In this document: piece by piece, positions 1-10,697 of the stretch
How positions within the stretch are numbered: the first letter of the stretch is position 1
Layout of the letters: every line of letters starts with the position of its first letter
Source: an uncultured delta proteobacterium
GTDB taxonomy: Bacteria; Desulfobacterota; Binatia; Bin18
DNA: 27,689 nucleotides
Assembly: GCA_963733195.1 (NCBI GenBank)
Contig: CAVTCR010000072.1
Coordinates: 1-27,689, forward strand
Direction: 5' to 3'
Translations under genes and position numbers: made by a program
Notes under the pieces: model-generated
What the model saw: the letters and a program-made list of their open reading frames with translations, nothing else
Told to the model about the DNA's origin: nothing
The model's database searches: none

Positions 1-1
1 C

Positions 2-479
2 GGCAACATCTGTCGCAGCCCCTTTGCCGCATTACTGGCAAAGGACGATGCACCAGAATTCGATGACAGGCCCGAAGGCTATCTCGGCGGGATTTTATCC
101 GCACGGCGGCCGACTGACGCCCGCCTGGATCGCAGAACTGGCATCTGATTATGCGATCGATTTGACGCAACATCGCTCTCGCGTCGTGACCGAAAGCCAA
201 GTCGAGTCGGTCGATGCGATCTTTGTCATGGATCGGCGGAACTATTTCGACCTGGTAACGCGATTCCCCGGAGTCAGGGACAAAACCTATTTCCTTGGAT
301 GGTTTGCCGGCGACGGCGCGGACATCGAGGATCGATACGATAAGGACCTGGCCACAGCCCGCGATTGCTTGCGTCGGCTGGCCCGATCGCTGGATGGCCT
401 GCTCAACCGGATTCACGTCGTCCCAGGGGGCGCGCCGGGCGGAAATGGGCCGGGCCCGCAGGAGGCAGAGAGGCGATGA
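2..479 (+). CDS. Low-molecular-weight protein tyrosine phosphatase (Wzb/ArsC-like), 5'-truncated by the window edge, one frameshift near nt 25-30
   Basis: Frame 2 reads GNICRSPFA (P-loop). Frame 3 continues with SAGF, HRSRVV, DAIFVMD and DIEDRY (variant of the DPY loop). Confidence 0.85.
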   Translation, partial: ATSVAAPLPHYWQRTMHQNSMTGPKAISAGFYPHGGRLTPAWIAELASDYAIDLTQHRSRVVTESQVESVDAIFVMDRRNYFDLVTRFPGVRDKTYFLGWFAGDGADIEDRYDKDLATARDCLRRLARSLDGLLNRIHVVPGGAPGGNGPGPQEAERR

Positions 480-1194
480 CGTTATTTTCTCGCATCTTGA
501 GCCGTACGAAGAATTACGAATACACTGACCACGACCTTACCTTTTTCATGCTGATCTATCGAGACTATGAGGCCGCGAACCGATGCTTAGCGCGACTCCG
601 TAGTTACTTCCCGGAAGCGCGCGTCATCGTACGATCAGACGGCGATAGCGACCAGCGTCACGAAGAGTTGATCGACCGTTACGGCGTCGAGTATCACGCC
701 GAACGAAGGTTGTTTCCCGTCGAAAACGGCGGCGCCATCATTGTACGAATGCTCGAGCTTTACCTGGAACGTCCTACCCGATACCTCTTTAAGATCGATC
801 CCGACACAACGGTCCACCGACGTTTTCGCTATTTGCCGGCGCAAGATGCCCACTTCGGCACGCTTCAGGGGCTGTCACGGCTTTCGCTCAGTCCAAGGGG
901 GGCGCGTGGGTTGAACGCGGTCGGTGGCCGAAAGCATTCTAGCTTCCCGGTTGCTTGAAAGCGACGACCTGCAGCACCCCCAGGCATGCCGAGACCGTTC
1001 GCACTATTGGCGGGTCCTGGCGAGACGCGCCGAGCGAGTGGGGCTCGCCAGCTTCGATTGGCCTCGGGTGGGCCGCCTCGGAGCTCCGCATATCGGTGCT
1101 CGAATTTCCCGAGGTTTACAGCCGTGCGAAAACTCTAGTCGACAATCGGAACCTGAGATATGCGATTACGCATCCAGAGCCTGCCCCCTTCTAA
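476..1194 (+). CDS. Putative glycosyltransferase-like (GT-A fold) protein, frameshifted
   Basis: The ATG at 476 overlaps the upstream TGA (ATGA). It contains VIVRSDG and a KIDPD DxD motif. It continues through frames 924..1232 and 955..1194 to ...AITHPEPAPF*. Confidence 0.55.
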
Positions 1195-1272
1195 CCGACC
1201 GTTTTTGCTCGGCTGGGTCCAGCAGCTCGTGAGACTTCGCAGGACAGGCGCGCGACCAGGAACTCGTCATCC

Positions 1273-3579
1273 ATGCGTATTGCAATGATCGTCGGCACAT
1301 TCGGCAAAATTTCCGAGAAGTTTGTTTTGGATCAGATCGCCGGCCTGATCGATCTCGGGCATGAGGTTGAAATTTTCGCCCGAAGTGTGGCGAACGAAGC
1401 CGTCGTGCATCCGGACGTGGTTCGCTACGGTCTTCGTGAAAAATTGCACGTCCTGGGGATTCCGTCCGGCGGCAGCTGGCGTTACATACTGAGAGCTCTC
1501 ATCGTGGCCGTTACGGTGATTCCCCCATCACCCCATTCTCGTCTTCAAAATGATCTTCAGCTATTGGGATTGGGATGCATTGTTCTTGCTGGCAAAGCTA
1601 CACGACCGAAAGTTCGACCTAGTTTTCGCTCAATTCGGGCCGAACGGAGAATTGGCCGCTCGACTCAAAAAGGCGGGAATGCGTTGGCCTCTTTTGACGA
1701 TTTTCCGCGGATACGACATCCGCCAGGCAGTCCAGCGCGGTGCTAAGAACTATTCGAGTCTTTTCAGGGTTGGGGACCTTTTTCTCGGGGTGTCGCAAGA
1801 CATTGTTGCACAGTTGTGCCGATTGGGGGTTGCCGCTGAAAGAATACGGCACCTTCCGGGCGGCGTGGATTCGACAAGTTTCATCCTTCATCCGACAGAA
1901 AGCCGTGGGAGCCGTCGCAACGCTTGGTGCTCCTGACAGTCGCTCGCCTTCATCAAATCAAGGGTCTAGCGTACGGAATCCGGGCCTTTAAAGCGCTCGT
2001 GGAGCGGAACCATGACCTCAACTTGGAATACCGGCTGGTGGGCGCGGGACCGCAGGAAAAAGAGCTGCGACAGTTGGTTGGCGACCTTGGGTTGGAAAAG
2101 GAAGTCCTTTTCTTGGGACCCTTCGCTGAGGATCAGGTGGCTTCGCAATACCGGCAGGCCCATCTCTTCATGCTACCGAGCGTCGCCGAAGGGTTACCGG
2201 TGGTGGCGCAGGAGGCGATGGCCTCCGAACTGCCCGTTGTAGCCACTGTCGTTGGTGGCGTAGGTGAATTGCTAGTCCACGGAGAAACTGGATTGTTGGT
2301 GCCACCAAAAGACGCTCAAGCGCTGGCCGATGGGCTTCAGCAGCTAATCGACTCGAGGGACACGTGGCAGGAACTGGGACAGCGTGGGCGCCGGCTGGTT
2401 GCTTCCAAGTACGAGATCAAGCAGCAGAACCGCGAACTCGAACAGATTTGCTTGCGGCTTGTGGCACACGCGCGGAACAAAATTCCGGTCGAAAGCGTCA
2501 AAAACTGCCGCGCTGGAATGGTTACAGCTATCATACCCGTCCGCAATCGGTCCGATGAACTGGCCGGATGCTTGTCCGGACTGCTGTCGCAGTGGCGGCA
2601 TTTTCCCTTGCAGGTCATAGTGGTCGACGATGCAAGCACCGATGATGGAACGCGGAACCTGGCCGCCCTCCACCCGCAGGTCACTTACGTTCGAACGGAC
2701 GTGCCGCGAGGGTCGGCGTTCGCCAAAAATCTCGGATTATCACTCGCCGAGGGTGAGTTCGTACTGTTTCTGGATTCCGACGTGACGTTCCTCTCCAACA
2801 CCACGCTTCAGACAATGGTTGCCACGATGAGCGACGATCTCCAATGCGGGCAGGTCGGCGGCGAAGCGATCGTCGATTGCGCCGAAAAAGTGAAATTCAT
2901 CTTCGGCCGGCATATCGACAAGAAAACGGGAATGAGCCGAATCCGGTTCATCCCCGCCGAACAGGCCGGATCCCGCCGATTCAGATGCGATTACGTGCCG
3001 ACGAGCAACTGCATGGTGCGGCGCGATGTCGCTTTGCACGTGTGCGGTTTCGATGACGCTTATTCCAGTGTGGGCGAGGACAAGGACTTCGGATACCGGG
3101 TGAAACAGCTTGGCTTACGAAGTTATGTTCTTTCGGACAGCGCAGTGTGGCATCATTTTTCCACAACCGGCCGCACCGACTCAGGATTGCGCAAACAGTT
3201 TCGCACGCAGATCCGTTTCATCTTGCGGCACTTCGGTCTGTCCGGAGTGGTAAAGATGTTGTCCGGCATTTTCCTGGAAGCTGTGTTCGGCCGAACCCGG
3301 GCAGGCAATGAAAATTCGCGACCCGGATGTTCAGCGCTTTCAAAAGTACTATCGAGAGACGCTGCTTCAACTGAAGCCGGCGCGCAACCTGATCGATACA
3401 ATTTGGCAAAACGTCTATCACGGCGGGCTTTTTCTCTCAGCCGTGCTCTGGAATGTGTCGAAAACACGAAGACTACGACCGTGTGGAAGCATTCATTTCG
3501 ACTTTCAAGGGCGGAATTCCTCCGGAACCGATTCTCAAATCCGAAATCCGCAGTCGTAAGTCCGAAATCCCGCCGCTAA
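1273..3579 (+). CDS. GT4 (WcaL-like) glycosyltransferase apparently fused to a GT2 domain; several frameshifts
   Basis: The N-terminus MRIAMIVGTFGKISEKFVLDQIAGL is WcaL-like. GT4 motifs are LTVARLHQIKG and EGLPVVAQEAMA. GT2 motifs are AIIPVRN, VIVVDDASTD, LFLDSD, GFDD and EDKDFGYR. Confidence 0.8.
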
Positions 3580-3858
3580 TGCTCGGAGGAGCACCAAAGC
3601 GATCGCTATGGATGCCGAAGTAATCGACTTTTGGCCGCCCTCAGTTCGACGATTTGTTCCGTGCTGAATAGAGCCTCTATCTCTGCAAGCGCGTGTGTGA
3701 CGTCAAATTTCCCGCCGGCATGAGCGAGGCGTGACCTCAACATCTACTGACTATGACTCAGATCTGAGGGATCCTGGACCGTCAGCCTTGGCAGCTTCAC
3801 GAATAGTCAGCAACCAATTCATCTTCGGACTCCCTTCGCAAGGCGGCTTCGATTGTTA

Positions 3859-5898
3859 TTATTCTCCACTTGGCCGCACGGCAGTCACGGTGACCTCGAT
3901 GCTGTGGACTGCGGTACTGTCTCCCATATCTGCCTTGCGGCCAGGGTTCAGTACATTCACATTTGCTCGTGTATTCTCACGATTCGGCCACCGGCCTTTG
4001 TGCGACAACGCGACGCCACGCGGGATGTCGGTGGAGAGCGTCACGTGCATACGTAGTTGTCCAGTCTCGTTGGACAGTAAGACTTCCTCTCCTTCGCTCA
4101 GGCCACGTTCAGCGGCATCCAACGGATGAATGGCAACCGTGGCCGGTCCGATGCGTGTAGCAACTTTTTCGACATTGGCAAAACTATCGTTCAAGAGCCA
4201 CGGCGAGGCCGGTGATAAGAGGCGGAGACGGTCTGCGCCGGGCCTCGGATCAGCTAGTGGAAGTGGCACGCGTGAATGTCCATCTGCTTCGGCACGCGCT
4301 GAGGTAATCTCAATGCGTCCACTAGGAGTAGGGAAGGTGCGGTCGGCAAACTGCATAACTGGCTCTGGAGAAACAAAGACCGTGCCTTTTGCTGCCAGCG
4401 AGGAAAACGTTTCTCCAATGCCCATCCGCTCCAACAAGGTTGCCATGATGGTGGCGTCGCTCTCATACAATTCCGGTTCTGTGTAGCCCATAGCGCGAGC
4501 CAGACGACGAAAAATTTCCATATTGGATAAAGCTTCGCCAGGAGGTTCAGTTACTTTTACTTGGGCGGAGAGCGTTAAATTGAAATACGCCATCACTAGA
4601 TCATCGAATTCTAAAAAGCTTGCGGCTGGGAGGACAATATCCGCAAAGTTCGTTGTATCTGTGGCAAACAAATCAACGGCGACAGTGAAGAGGTCTTCAC
4701 GCCGTAACGCTGCGTGTAATCGTGCTTGTTGGGGATTCGAGGCTGCTGGATTGATATTCCAACACATCAACGCCCGCGAGCGCGTCGGATTTTCCAGACA
4801 GTCGACCAGATCCATATGACTGAGCGGTGGCGGAATGTTGGCTGCGAGCTGCGGAGCCACCAGGTATTCCAGATCGAGCTTACGCTCGCCAAAGCCATTG
4901 AGATAGAGAAACCCCGCACCGGGTTTGCCGATGTTGCCGGTAACAGCGGGCAAAAGGCCACACGCGCGCATGACATTGCCGCCGTGCGGCTGGCGTTGCA
5001 GCGATTGTCCGAGCCACAAGAGCGAAGGATCCTTGGCCATACAGGCGTGCGGCTTCTTCAATCAGTGTGCTGGCACGCCAGTCGTCGCTTCTCCCCAGGC
5101 TGGTGTGCAATCCCGCAGCATCGGCTCAAGTTCTTCCCACCCAACAGTGTGTGATGCGATGAAATCGCGATTGATGCGGCCGTCGCGCCAAAGAACATGT
5201 AACAGCGCAAAGGCTAACGCCGCGTCACTGCCCGGAAAGGGTTGGAGATGCAAATCAGCAGCCTGCGCCGTCGGCGTACGCACGGGGTCGATGACGATTA
5301 CTTTACCAGGGGCTTCTCGCAACCAGTGTTCATGCGCATGTGGTGCTGAGGCCGAGGGATTCGCTCCCCACACCATGATGCAGGCGGCGTCTCGCGCGGT
5401 ACGGGGATCAAAGCCCACCAGCGGAGTGCCGTACAGATACGTCAACGCTACCTGTCCAGCTTTATTACAGATGGTGTCAGGATCGACTTCGGTTGCGCCC
5501 AAGCGGAAGAAAAAGCGCAGAGGAAACAGATAGGCAAGTAGAGAAATCGTGCCAGTGTAGTGAGCATTCAAGATTGTCTGCGCACCACTAGTTGCAACGA
5601 TCTGCTTGAACCGCTCGGCAATCGTCGTCAGCGCCGTCTCCCACGACACTGGTTCGAACTGGCCTGCACCTTTGGGGCCGATGCGTCGCAGCGGGTGGGT
5701 GAGCCGTACTTTGGGATCGAGCCATTCGCGATTATACGCGATCGAACATTTGGCGCAGAGTTTGCCGCGATTGATTGGATGGGCTGGATCGCCCCGGACC
5801 TGGGTAATTTTCTCACCCTGTTTAACGACGACGATCCCGCACGTGTCATAGCAATCGCGGGGACAGGTGGTACGGATATGCTCTGTGCTGGTTGTCAT
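3859..5898 (-). CDS. Molybdopterin (bis-MGD) oxidoreductase with an N-terminal 4Fe-4S motif; two compensating frameshifts near 5030-5065
   Basis: Motifs TCPRDCYDTC...KLC, RLTHPLRR, IMVWGANP, DPVRTPTA, PGSDAALA, ADIVLPAASFLE and the C-terminal IHPLDAAERGL. No Tat signal is visible. Confidence 0.9.
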
Positions 5899-5955
5899 TG
5901 TCTGTTTCTCCGTTACCTATAATGTGTTCCCGGATTCCGTCTCACTCCATTCAAG

Positions 5956-6357
5956 CTATGGCACTGGAACAACAGGTGGGGCTCCCTTCTCCTTGACAAA
6001 AAATACCAGAAACTTGGCCGGCTGGGAGTTGCTCGCGTTCTTCGAGACCGCGTGGATGTCCTCGGGCGATTCGTAAAACGTCTGACCTGGTCCCAGGGTC
6101 ACCGCTTGTCCGCCTTCGACCTGCATGACGATGGAACCTTCCAGGACATAGACAAAAGTGTGTGCGTTATGCCTATGCTTGTCGGTCGAGCCTCCCGGCG
6201 CGTACTCCACCGTGAGCATTGTCCCTTCCTTGCCGGCGAGTCCAGCTAGATCCTTCGCCATGAGCGGGTTGACCTTAGCGTCCTCAGCCATAGATGGAGC
6301 CGCAAGAAGGCAGAGCATTCCTACCAAAGCCGATTGTGCTGCCATACGATATCTCAT
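5956..6357 (-). CDS. Exported cupin-domain protein
   Basis: RBS GAGGAGG precedes ATG 6357. It has a signal-peptide-like N-terminus and cupin motifs HRH-x(5)-YVLEG and PGQTFYE-x(4)-H. Confidence 0.85.
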   Translation of the reverse strand: MRYRMAAQSALVGMLCLLAAPSMAEDAKVNPLMAKDLAGLAGKEGTMLTVEYAPGGSTDKHRHNAHTFVYVLEGSIVMQVEGGQAVTLGPGQTFYESPEDIHAVSKNASNSQPAKFLVFFVKEKGAPPVVPVP

Positions 6358-6493
6358 CCGATTTCCTCCTCTTCTCTTTCCTATGAACAGTCTCACATGT
6401 GGTTAGGTCGTCGCCAAAGAGTTCGTCTTTGATTCTCAGGTGATTGTCCTGGCTCCGATTACAAGAAGATTGCTGCATTCATTGCATGTCTCC

Positions 6494-7063
6494 TTACTTG
6501 CGCAACTTGCGTACCGGATGGTCCGGCGGCAGCATGCAGAGGTTGTCACTCTCGATTTTCAGCGCGCAGTTGAACCGGGCACGAAAATTCTCCAACGCGA
6601 TGGCTGCGGTCAGCTCAACAATTTGTTCGCTAGTGAATAAAGACTGAATTTCCGCGAACACGGCATCGGACACATCGGCTGGCGTACGCGTCATCCCTTC
6701 TGCATAGCGCAGCACTGCCTTTTCACGGCCGTCGAAATGCGGGCTCGTCTCGAAAGCGGCCAGAGTCTCTAACTGCTCGTCGGTGATTCCGGCGTCTCTG
6801 CCTACGGCAGAGTTGATATCCACTCAAAAAGGACAGCCGACCATTTGCGCTGCGCGTACCGACACCATCGTCTTGAGACGGCCCTCGACGACAGTTGAGG
6901 CGCTGATCGCTTGTCCCATCTTTGCATGGGCAAGGAGGATCTCTGGTCGATGGGCCATGACCAGACTTGGCGTAATGACACGCCCGAAGAAGTCGAGGCT
7001 TCCCTGAAATACCGGTCGGACACTCTCGGGTGCGTTTTGTGGGTCGATTCCATTGATGCGCAT
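6494..7063 (-). CDS. AhpD/carboxymuconolactone-decarboxylase-family protein, probable selenoprotein (189 aa, CPFU motif, Sec80)
   Basis: ORFs 6824..7063 and 6494..6823 are in one frame, separated only by TGA (6824-6826) at the second Cys position of the AhpD CxxC motif (VGCPF*VDINSAVG). RBS AGGAGG lies upstream and a hairpin follows the TGA. Confidence 0.85.
6796..6812 (-). promoter_or_regulatory. Candidate bacterial SECIS hairpin
   Basis: The mRNA reads UGA-GUGGAUAUCAA-CUCUGCC-GUA-GGCAGAG. This is a perfect 7-bp stem beginning 11 nt after the UGA, with a G-led apical loop. Confidence 0.7.
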
Positions 7064-7191
7064 TTTTATAACACCTCCTAGCGGCGGTATTTCGCCGCTC
7101 TGTTCATGCTGTCATTCTCATATACGTTTACTGTTATGCGAGACTATGTTGCATTGAGCATCGCGCGTAGCGAATGCGCTCCGACGCATAG

Positions 7192-7620
7192 TTAGACGAC
7201 ATTTTTATCCGCAGGTCTAGCTATCTCGTCATAGCCTCGACCCACGAACTCTATCAGGCAAAACCCATTGCCAAATGGATCGGACAATACAGCAATTTTT
7301 CCCCAGGCGTGAGAAGCCATTGGTTTCTCGACTTTGGCGCCAAACTGTAACGCCTTCTCTATAGCCTGCTCGATATCATCCACAACAAAGTCAAGATGAA
7401 CCGGCGTCCAATGGCGTTCGTAAGACCTCTGTGCGGAACTCGTTGAACAGGGGCGGGAGCCCTCCTCTTTCTCCAGGAGATAAACCGCAACATCACCAAG
7501 AAAGAGTTCGGCTACCCGCTCGGTCAGAAACCGGGCAAAACGCAGCCCTAGGCCATCTCTATAAAATGAAATACCAGACTGTATGTCCGGCACATCAATA
7601 TTCGCTAGAAGGCTCTTCAT
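7192..7620 (-). CDS. VOC/glyoxalase-family protein
   Basis: NIDVPDI...FYRDGLG, VHLDFVVDDI, WGKIAVLSDPFGNGFCLIE. RBS AGGAGG precedes ATG 7620. Confidence 0.9.
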   Translation of the reverse strand: MKSLLANIDVPDIQSGISFYRDGLGLRFARFLTERVAELFLGDVAVYLLEKEEGSRPCSTSSAQRSYERHWTPVHLDFVVDDIEQAIEKALQFGAKVEKPMASHAWGKIAVLSDPFGNGFCLIEFVGRGYDEIARPADKNVV

Positions 7621-7667
7621 ACTCTCCCTCCTGAAGGTGTAAGGCGCGACGCTGCAGGGCTGATCCC

Positions 7668-8492
7668 TCAACTCTGCATGAAGCCGTTCAACTCCGAGGC
7701 CGACGAGGAACGGTCAAGGTAGCCGAAGGTACCCTTTTCCTGGACCTCGCGGGCGGCTTCGAGCAGGTTACTCATCGCCGCGTGGTACAGTGAGGTGGCG
7801 AGGCTGATCCGCCTGACGCCGGCCGCCTCGAGCTCGGCGACGGAGAATGACTTGCCCCTGATGCCGACCATGAAGTTGACCGGCTTCGACACTGCGGCGC
7901 AGACCGCACGCACAGATGCAAGGTCGGGTAGGCCTGGTGCAAACAGCACATCCGCTCCTGCCCTCTCGAACGCCTGCAAACGTTTGATCGTGTCCTCCAA
8001 ATCCGGGTTGCCGCGTAGGAAGTTCTCCGAGCGGGCGGTCAAGGTAAATGAGAAGGGGAGTGCCCGCGCCGCCTGCGCGGCCGCCTCCACGCGCTCGGTC
8101 GCGTGACCGATGTCGTAGAGCGGCTTGTTCTTGTCACCGGTCGCATCCTCAATCGAGCCGCCGACCAATCCTGCCTCGGCGGCGAGACGAATCGTTTCCG
8201 CCACGGTCGCCGGCGCATCACCGAAGCCCTTCTCCAGATCGGCAGACACGGGTAGGTCGGTCGCCACGACAATGGCGCGTGCCAGCGCTAGTGCCTCCTC
8301 ACGTGTCACCTTGCCGTCGCGGCGGCCGAGGACGCCGGCGGAGGCGCCGCTCGACGTCGCCAGTGCCTGGAAGCCGAGCCCGGCGAGTATGCGTGCGGAG
8401 CCCGCGTCCCACGGGTTTGGGATCACGAATACGCCCGGCCTCTGATGCAACGCGTTGAAGCGGGTGGCCTTGTCACTCTGGGTTGTGGTCAT
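7668..8492 (-). CDS. Isocitrate lyase/PEP mutase family protein
   Basis: PNPWDAGSA, ALATSS, LPVSADLEKGFG, GGSIED, AGADVLFAPG. Confidence 0.92.
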   Translation of the reverse strand: MTTTQSDKATRFNALHQRPGVFVIPNPWDAGSARILAGLGFQALATSSGASAGVLGRRDGKVTREEALALARAIVVATDLPVSADLEKGFGDAPATVAETIRLAAEAGLVGGSIEDATGDKNKPLYDIGHATERVEAAAQAARALPFSFTLTARSENFLRGNPDLEDTIKRLQAFERAGADVLFAPGLPDLASVRAVCAAVSKPVNFMVGIRGKSFSVAELEAAGVRRISLATSLYHAAMSNLLEAAREVQEKGTFGYLDRSSSASELNGFMQS

Positions 8493-8621
8493 GACATTCT
8501 CCTTACGTCTTGAGTTATATTTCTTTAAGAAGCGGCCATCCTGGCAGTGCTACTTTTTTCATGTGACGCCCCCTTTCTCAGCGGTCGTGTGACTCGGTGT
8601 CGTCACTGTAGAGAAACTAGT

Positions 8622-8665
8622 TGGTTCTATCAAGAGAGCCATTTATCTGATAGTTGATGGAACCA
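8622..8665. promoter_or_regulatory. Probable MocR-family operator (inverted repeat)
   Basis: TGGTTCTATCAA (8622-8633) and TTGATGGAACCA (8654-8665) match 11/12 as inverted repeats, with an internal GAGCCA half-site. It lies between the divergent regulator and target genes. Confidence 0.65.
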
Positions 8666-8690
8666 CTTTTTGTATACGCGATAGCTATTT

Positions 8691-10186
8691 ATGAGCAGAG
8701 TTTCGTCCTCTCTGGTTTCCGCGTTGGTCGCGCTCGATACCGCCTCGCCTGATCCGCTTCATCGACAACTGTACGGCAAGCTCCGGAATGCAATTCTCAC
8801 AGGGCGGATTTCTCCGGGAGCGCAGATTCCATCCTCGCGAGACTTGGCGCGAGAGCTTGGCGTGGCCCGTAACACCGTACTCAACGCTGTCGAGCAACTG
8901 ATCGCCGAAGGCTATCTACAGGGAGAACCCGGTTCGGGCACCATGTACATCGAACTCTGCCAGACGATACGCTCCACGTTCCACGTCTACAGGCTGCTAC
9001 CGCGCAAAGAGCACGAAAGCACTTTCCGCTTTCTCAGCGCAGTAGAGGCCTGGCGAATCTATCAACTCTTCTCCCCTCGGCGGGACGGCCGAAGCCCTTT
9101 CATCTAGCCGTCCCGGCAGTGGACGCTTTCCCTTTTAATCTCTGGGCGAAGCTCGTACAAAAACAATGGCGGCGACACCCAAGCGATCTCCTCGGTTTTG
9201 GGGAACCTGCCGGGTACCTGCCGCTCCGCCGCGCCATCGCAGCGTACCTGACCGGCGCCCGTGCCGTTCGCTGTGAGGCTGAACAAGTTGTCATCGTCTC
9301 TGGAGCGCAACAGGCGTTGGACCTCGCGTCCCGCTTGTTGATCGATCCCGGAGATCCCGTCTGGGTTGAAGAACCCGGCTATCCTGGGATACGCGCTACC
9401 TTGCTTGCCGCCGGCGCGCATCTCATCCCTGTGCCGGTAGACGAAGAAGGACTCAATGTGCAGGCTGGAATCACACGTTCCGCGCATGCTCGCCTGGTCT
9501 ATGTGACACCTTCACATCAGTTTCCGTTAGGTTACACCATGACGCTGGCGCGACGCCTGGAATTGCTCAACTGGTCTCAGCGAGCGCACGCCTGGATTCT
9601 GGAAGATGATTACGATAGCGAGTATCGCTACACGAGTCGCCCAATCCCAGCCTTGCAAGGGCTCGCCGCTCAGGAACAGGTCATCTATGTGGGTACTTTT
9701 AGTAAAGTACTCTTTCCTTCACTCAGACTGGGGTATCTGGTCGTCCCGTCCGCGCTTGTCGAGGTCTTTACCGCGGCGCGAACGGTTGCCGCTGGGTACC
9801 CACCCCTTATCGAACAAGCAGTGCTGACAGAGTTTATCACCGAGGGCCATTTCGGGCGCCATATCCGACGCATGCGCGCCCTTTATCAAGAACGCCGGGC
9901 GGTGTTGCTGGACGAAGCGCAGCGTGAGTTGACCGGACTTCTTGAGGTCCAGGTCTCAGACGCGGGGCTCCACGCGATAGGCTGGTTGCCCCAAGGGACA
10001 GACGACCGTTCGGCGGCGCGACTCGCCGCGGCAGAAGGAGTGGACACAGTCCCACTGTCGAGTTTCTATTGGGGACTAGGGAAACAGAGTGGTCTGGTGC
10101 TTGGATTTGCCGCATTCAGTGCGCCCGAGCTGCGCAGCGGAGCGCGAAAACTCGCTCGGGCTTTGGCTTTGTTGAAATCGCAATGA
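8691..10186 (+). CDS. MocR/GabR-family PLP-dependent GntR regulator, frameshifted in the linker
   Basis: GntR HTH: LRNAILTG...PSSRDLARELGVARNTV. Aminotransferase-like domain: YVTPSHQFPLG, ILEDDYDSEY, GTFSKVLFPSLRLGY. Confidence 0.93.
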
Positions 10187-10267
10187 TTTGTGAAAGGAGC
10201 GACTGAGGTTAACAGCGCAGACACAGAAGGAGAATCCTGTGCAGATCACCACTGAGTTGACGCTGGC

Positions 10268-10434
10268 TATAGTGAACCTAAATGAGATGTTCCGTGCAGT
10301 TTTCCTGCGCCCTTCGACTTCGCTGCGCTACGCTCAGGACGAGCGGTTTCCGGCCCCGTTCGTGCTGAGCGTAACCCGAAGGGTGAAGTCGAAGTATGAA
10401 CGGCGCTCGCCACAAATGATTTAGGATACCTATA
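10268..10434. mobile_element. MITE-like element with imperfect terminal inverted repeats and an internal REP-type palindrome
   Basis: The left end TATAGTGAACCTAAATGAGATGT matches the reverse complement of the right end, TATAGGTATCCTAAATCATTTGT, at 17/23. The internal long hairpin is CTTCGACTTCGC..TACGCTCAG..CTGAGCGTA..GTGAAGTCGAAG. Confidence 0.6.
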
Positions 10435-10697
10435 TCGCCGCAGAGTAGCCTGCCACGGAGCCATCTCCCATTTTATTTGTGACTGCCGGTTATACTAGCA
10501 CTAGACAAATTCACAAACTCGAAACTTCTGCTTGCTGCGTAACTGGTAATCCAGTATGCCATATTGCGCGCTATGAAGTAAAGTGGCAATTGCACGCTGA
10601 TAGGCATTCGTTTATCGTCGGAAATGATCCTCCCAACGTTCCTCAGTTGTCAAATCTATGGTACAGAAAAAGGGAAACCACGAGAGGGTGAAGCATT

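Noticed and set aside
5030-5070. In-frame TGA (5062-5064) in the molybdopterin oxidoreductase as a second selenocysteine
   Set aside because: The family-like sequence TLIEEAARLYGQG lies in another frame. The stop therefore falls between two compensating indels and is not at a Cys or Mo-ligand position.
6400-6490. Possible Rossmann-fold gene remnant (LLVIGA) between the AhpD and cupin genes
   Set aside because: It is too short and needs a frameshift, so it cannot be supported.
7795-8458. Long antisense ORFs over GC-rich genes (also 4130-5533, 19791-20216 and others)
   Set aside because: They are shadow ORFs of well-supported genes on the opposite strand and show no motifs or RBS.
10310-10400. 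tRNA, CRISPR repeat or riboswitch
   Set aside because: There is no cloverleaf or T-loop, no spaced repeats and no recognisable aptamer. A REP-type palindrome explains it better.
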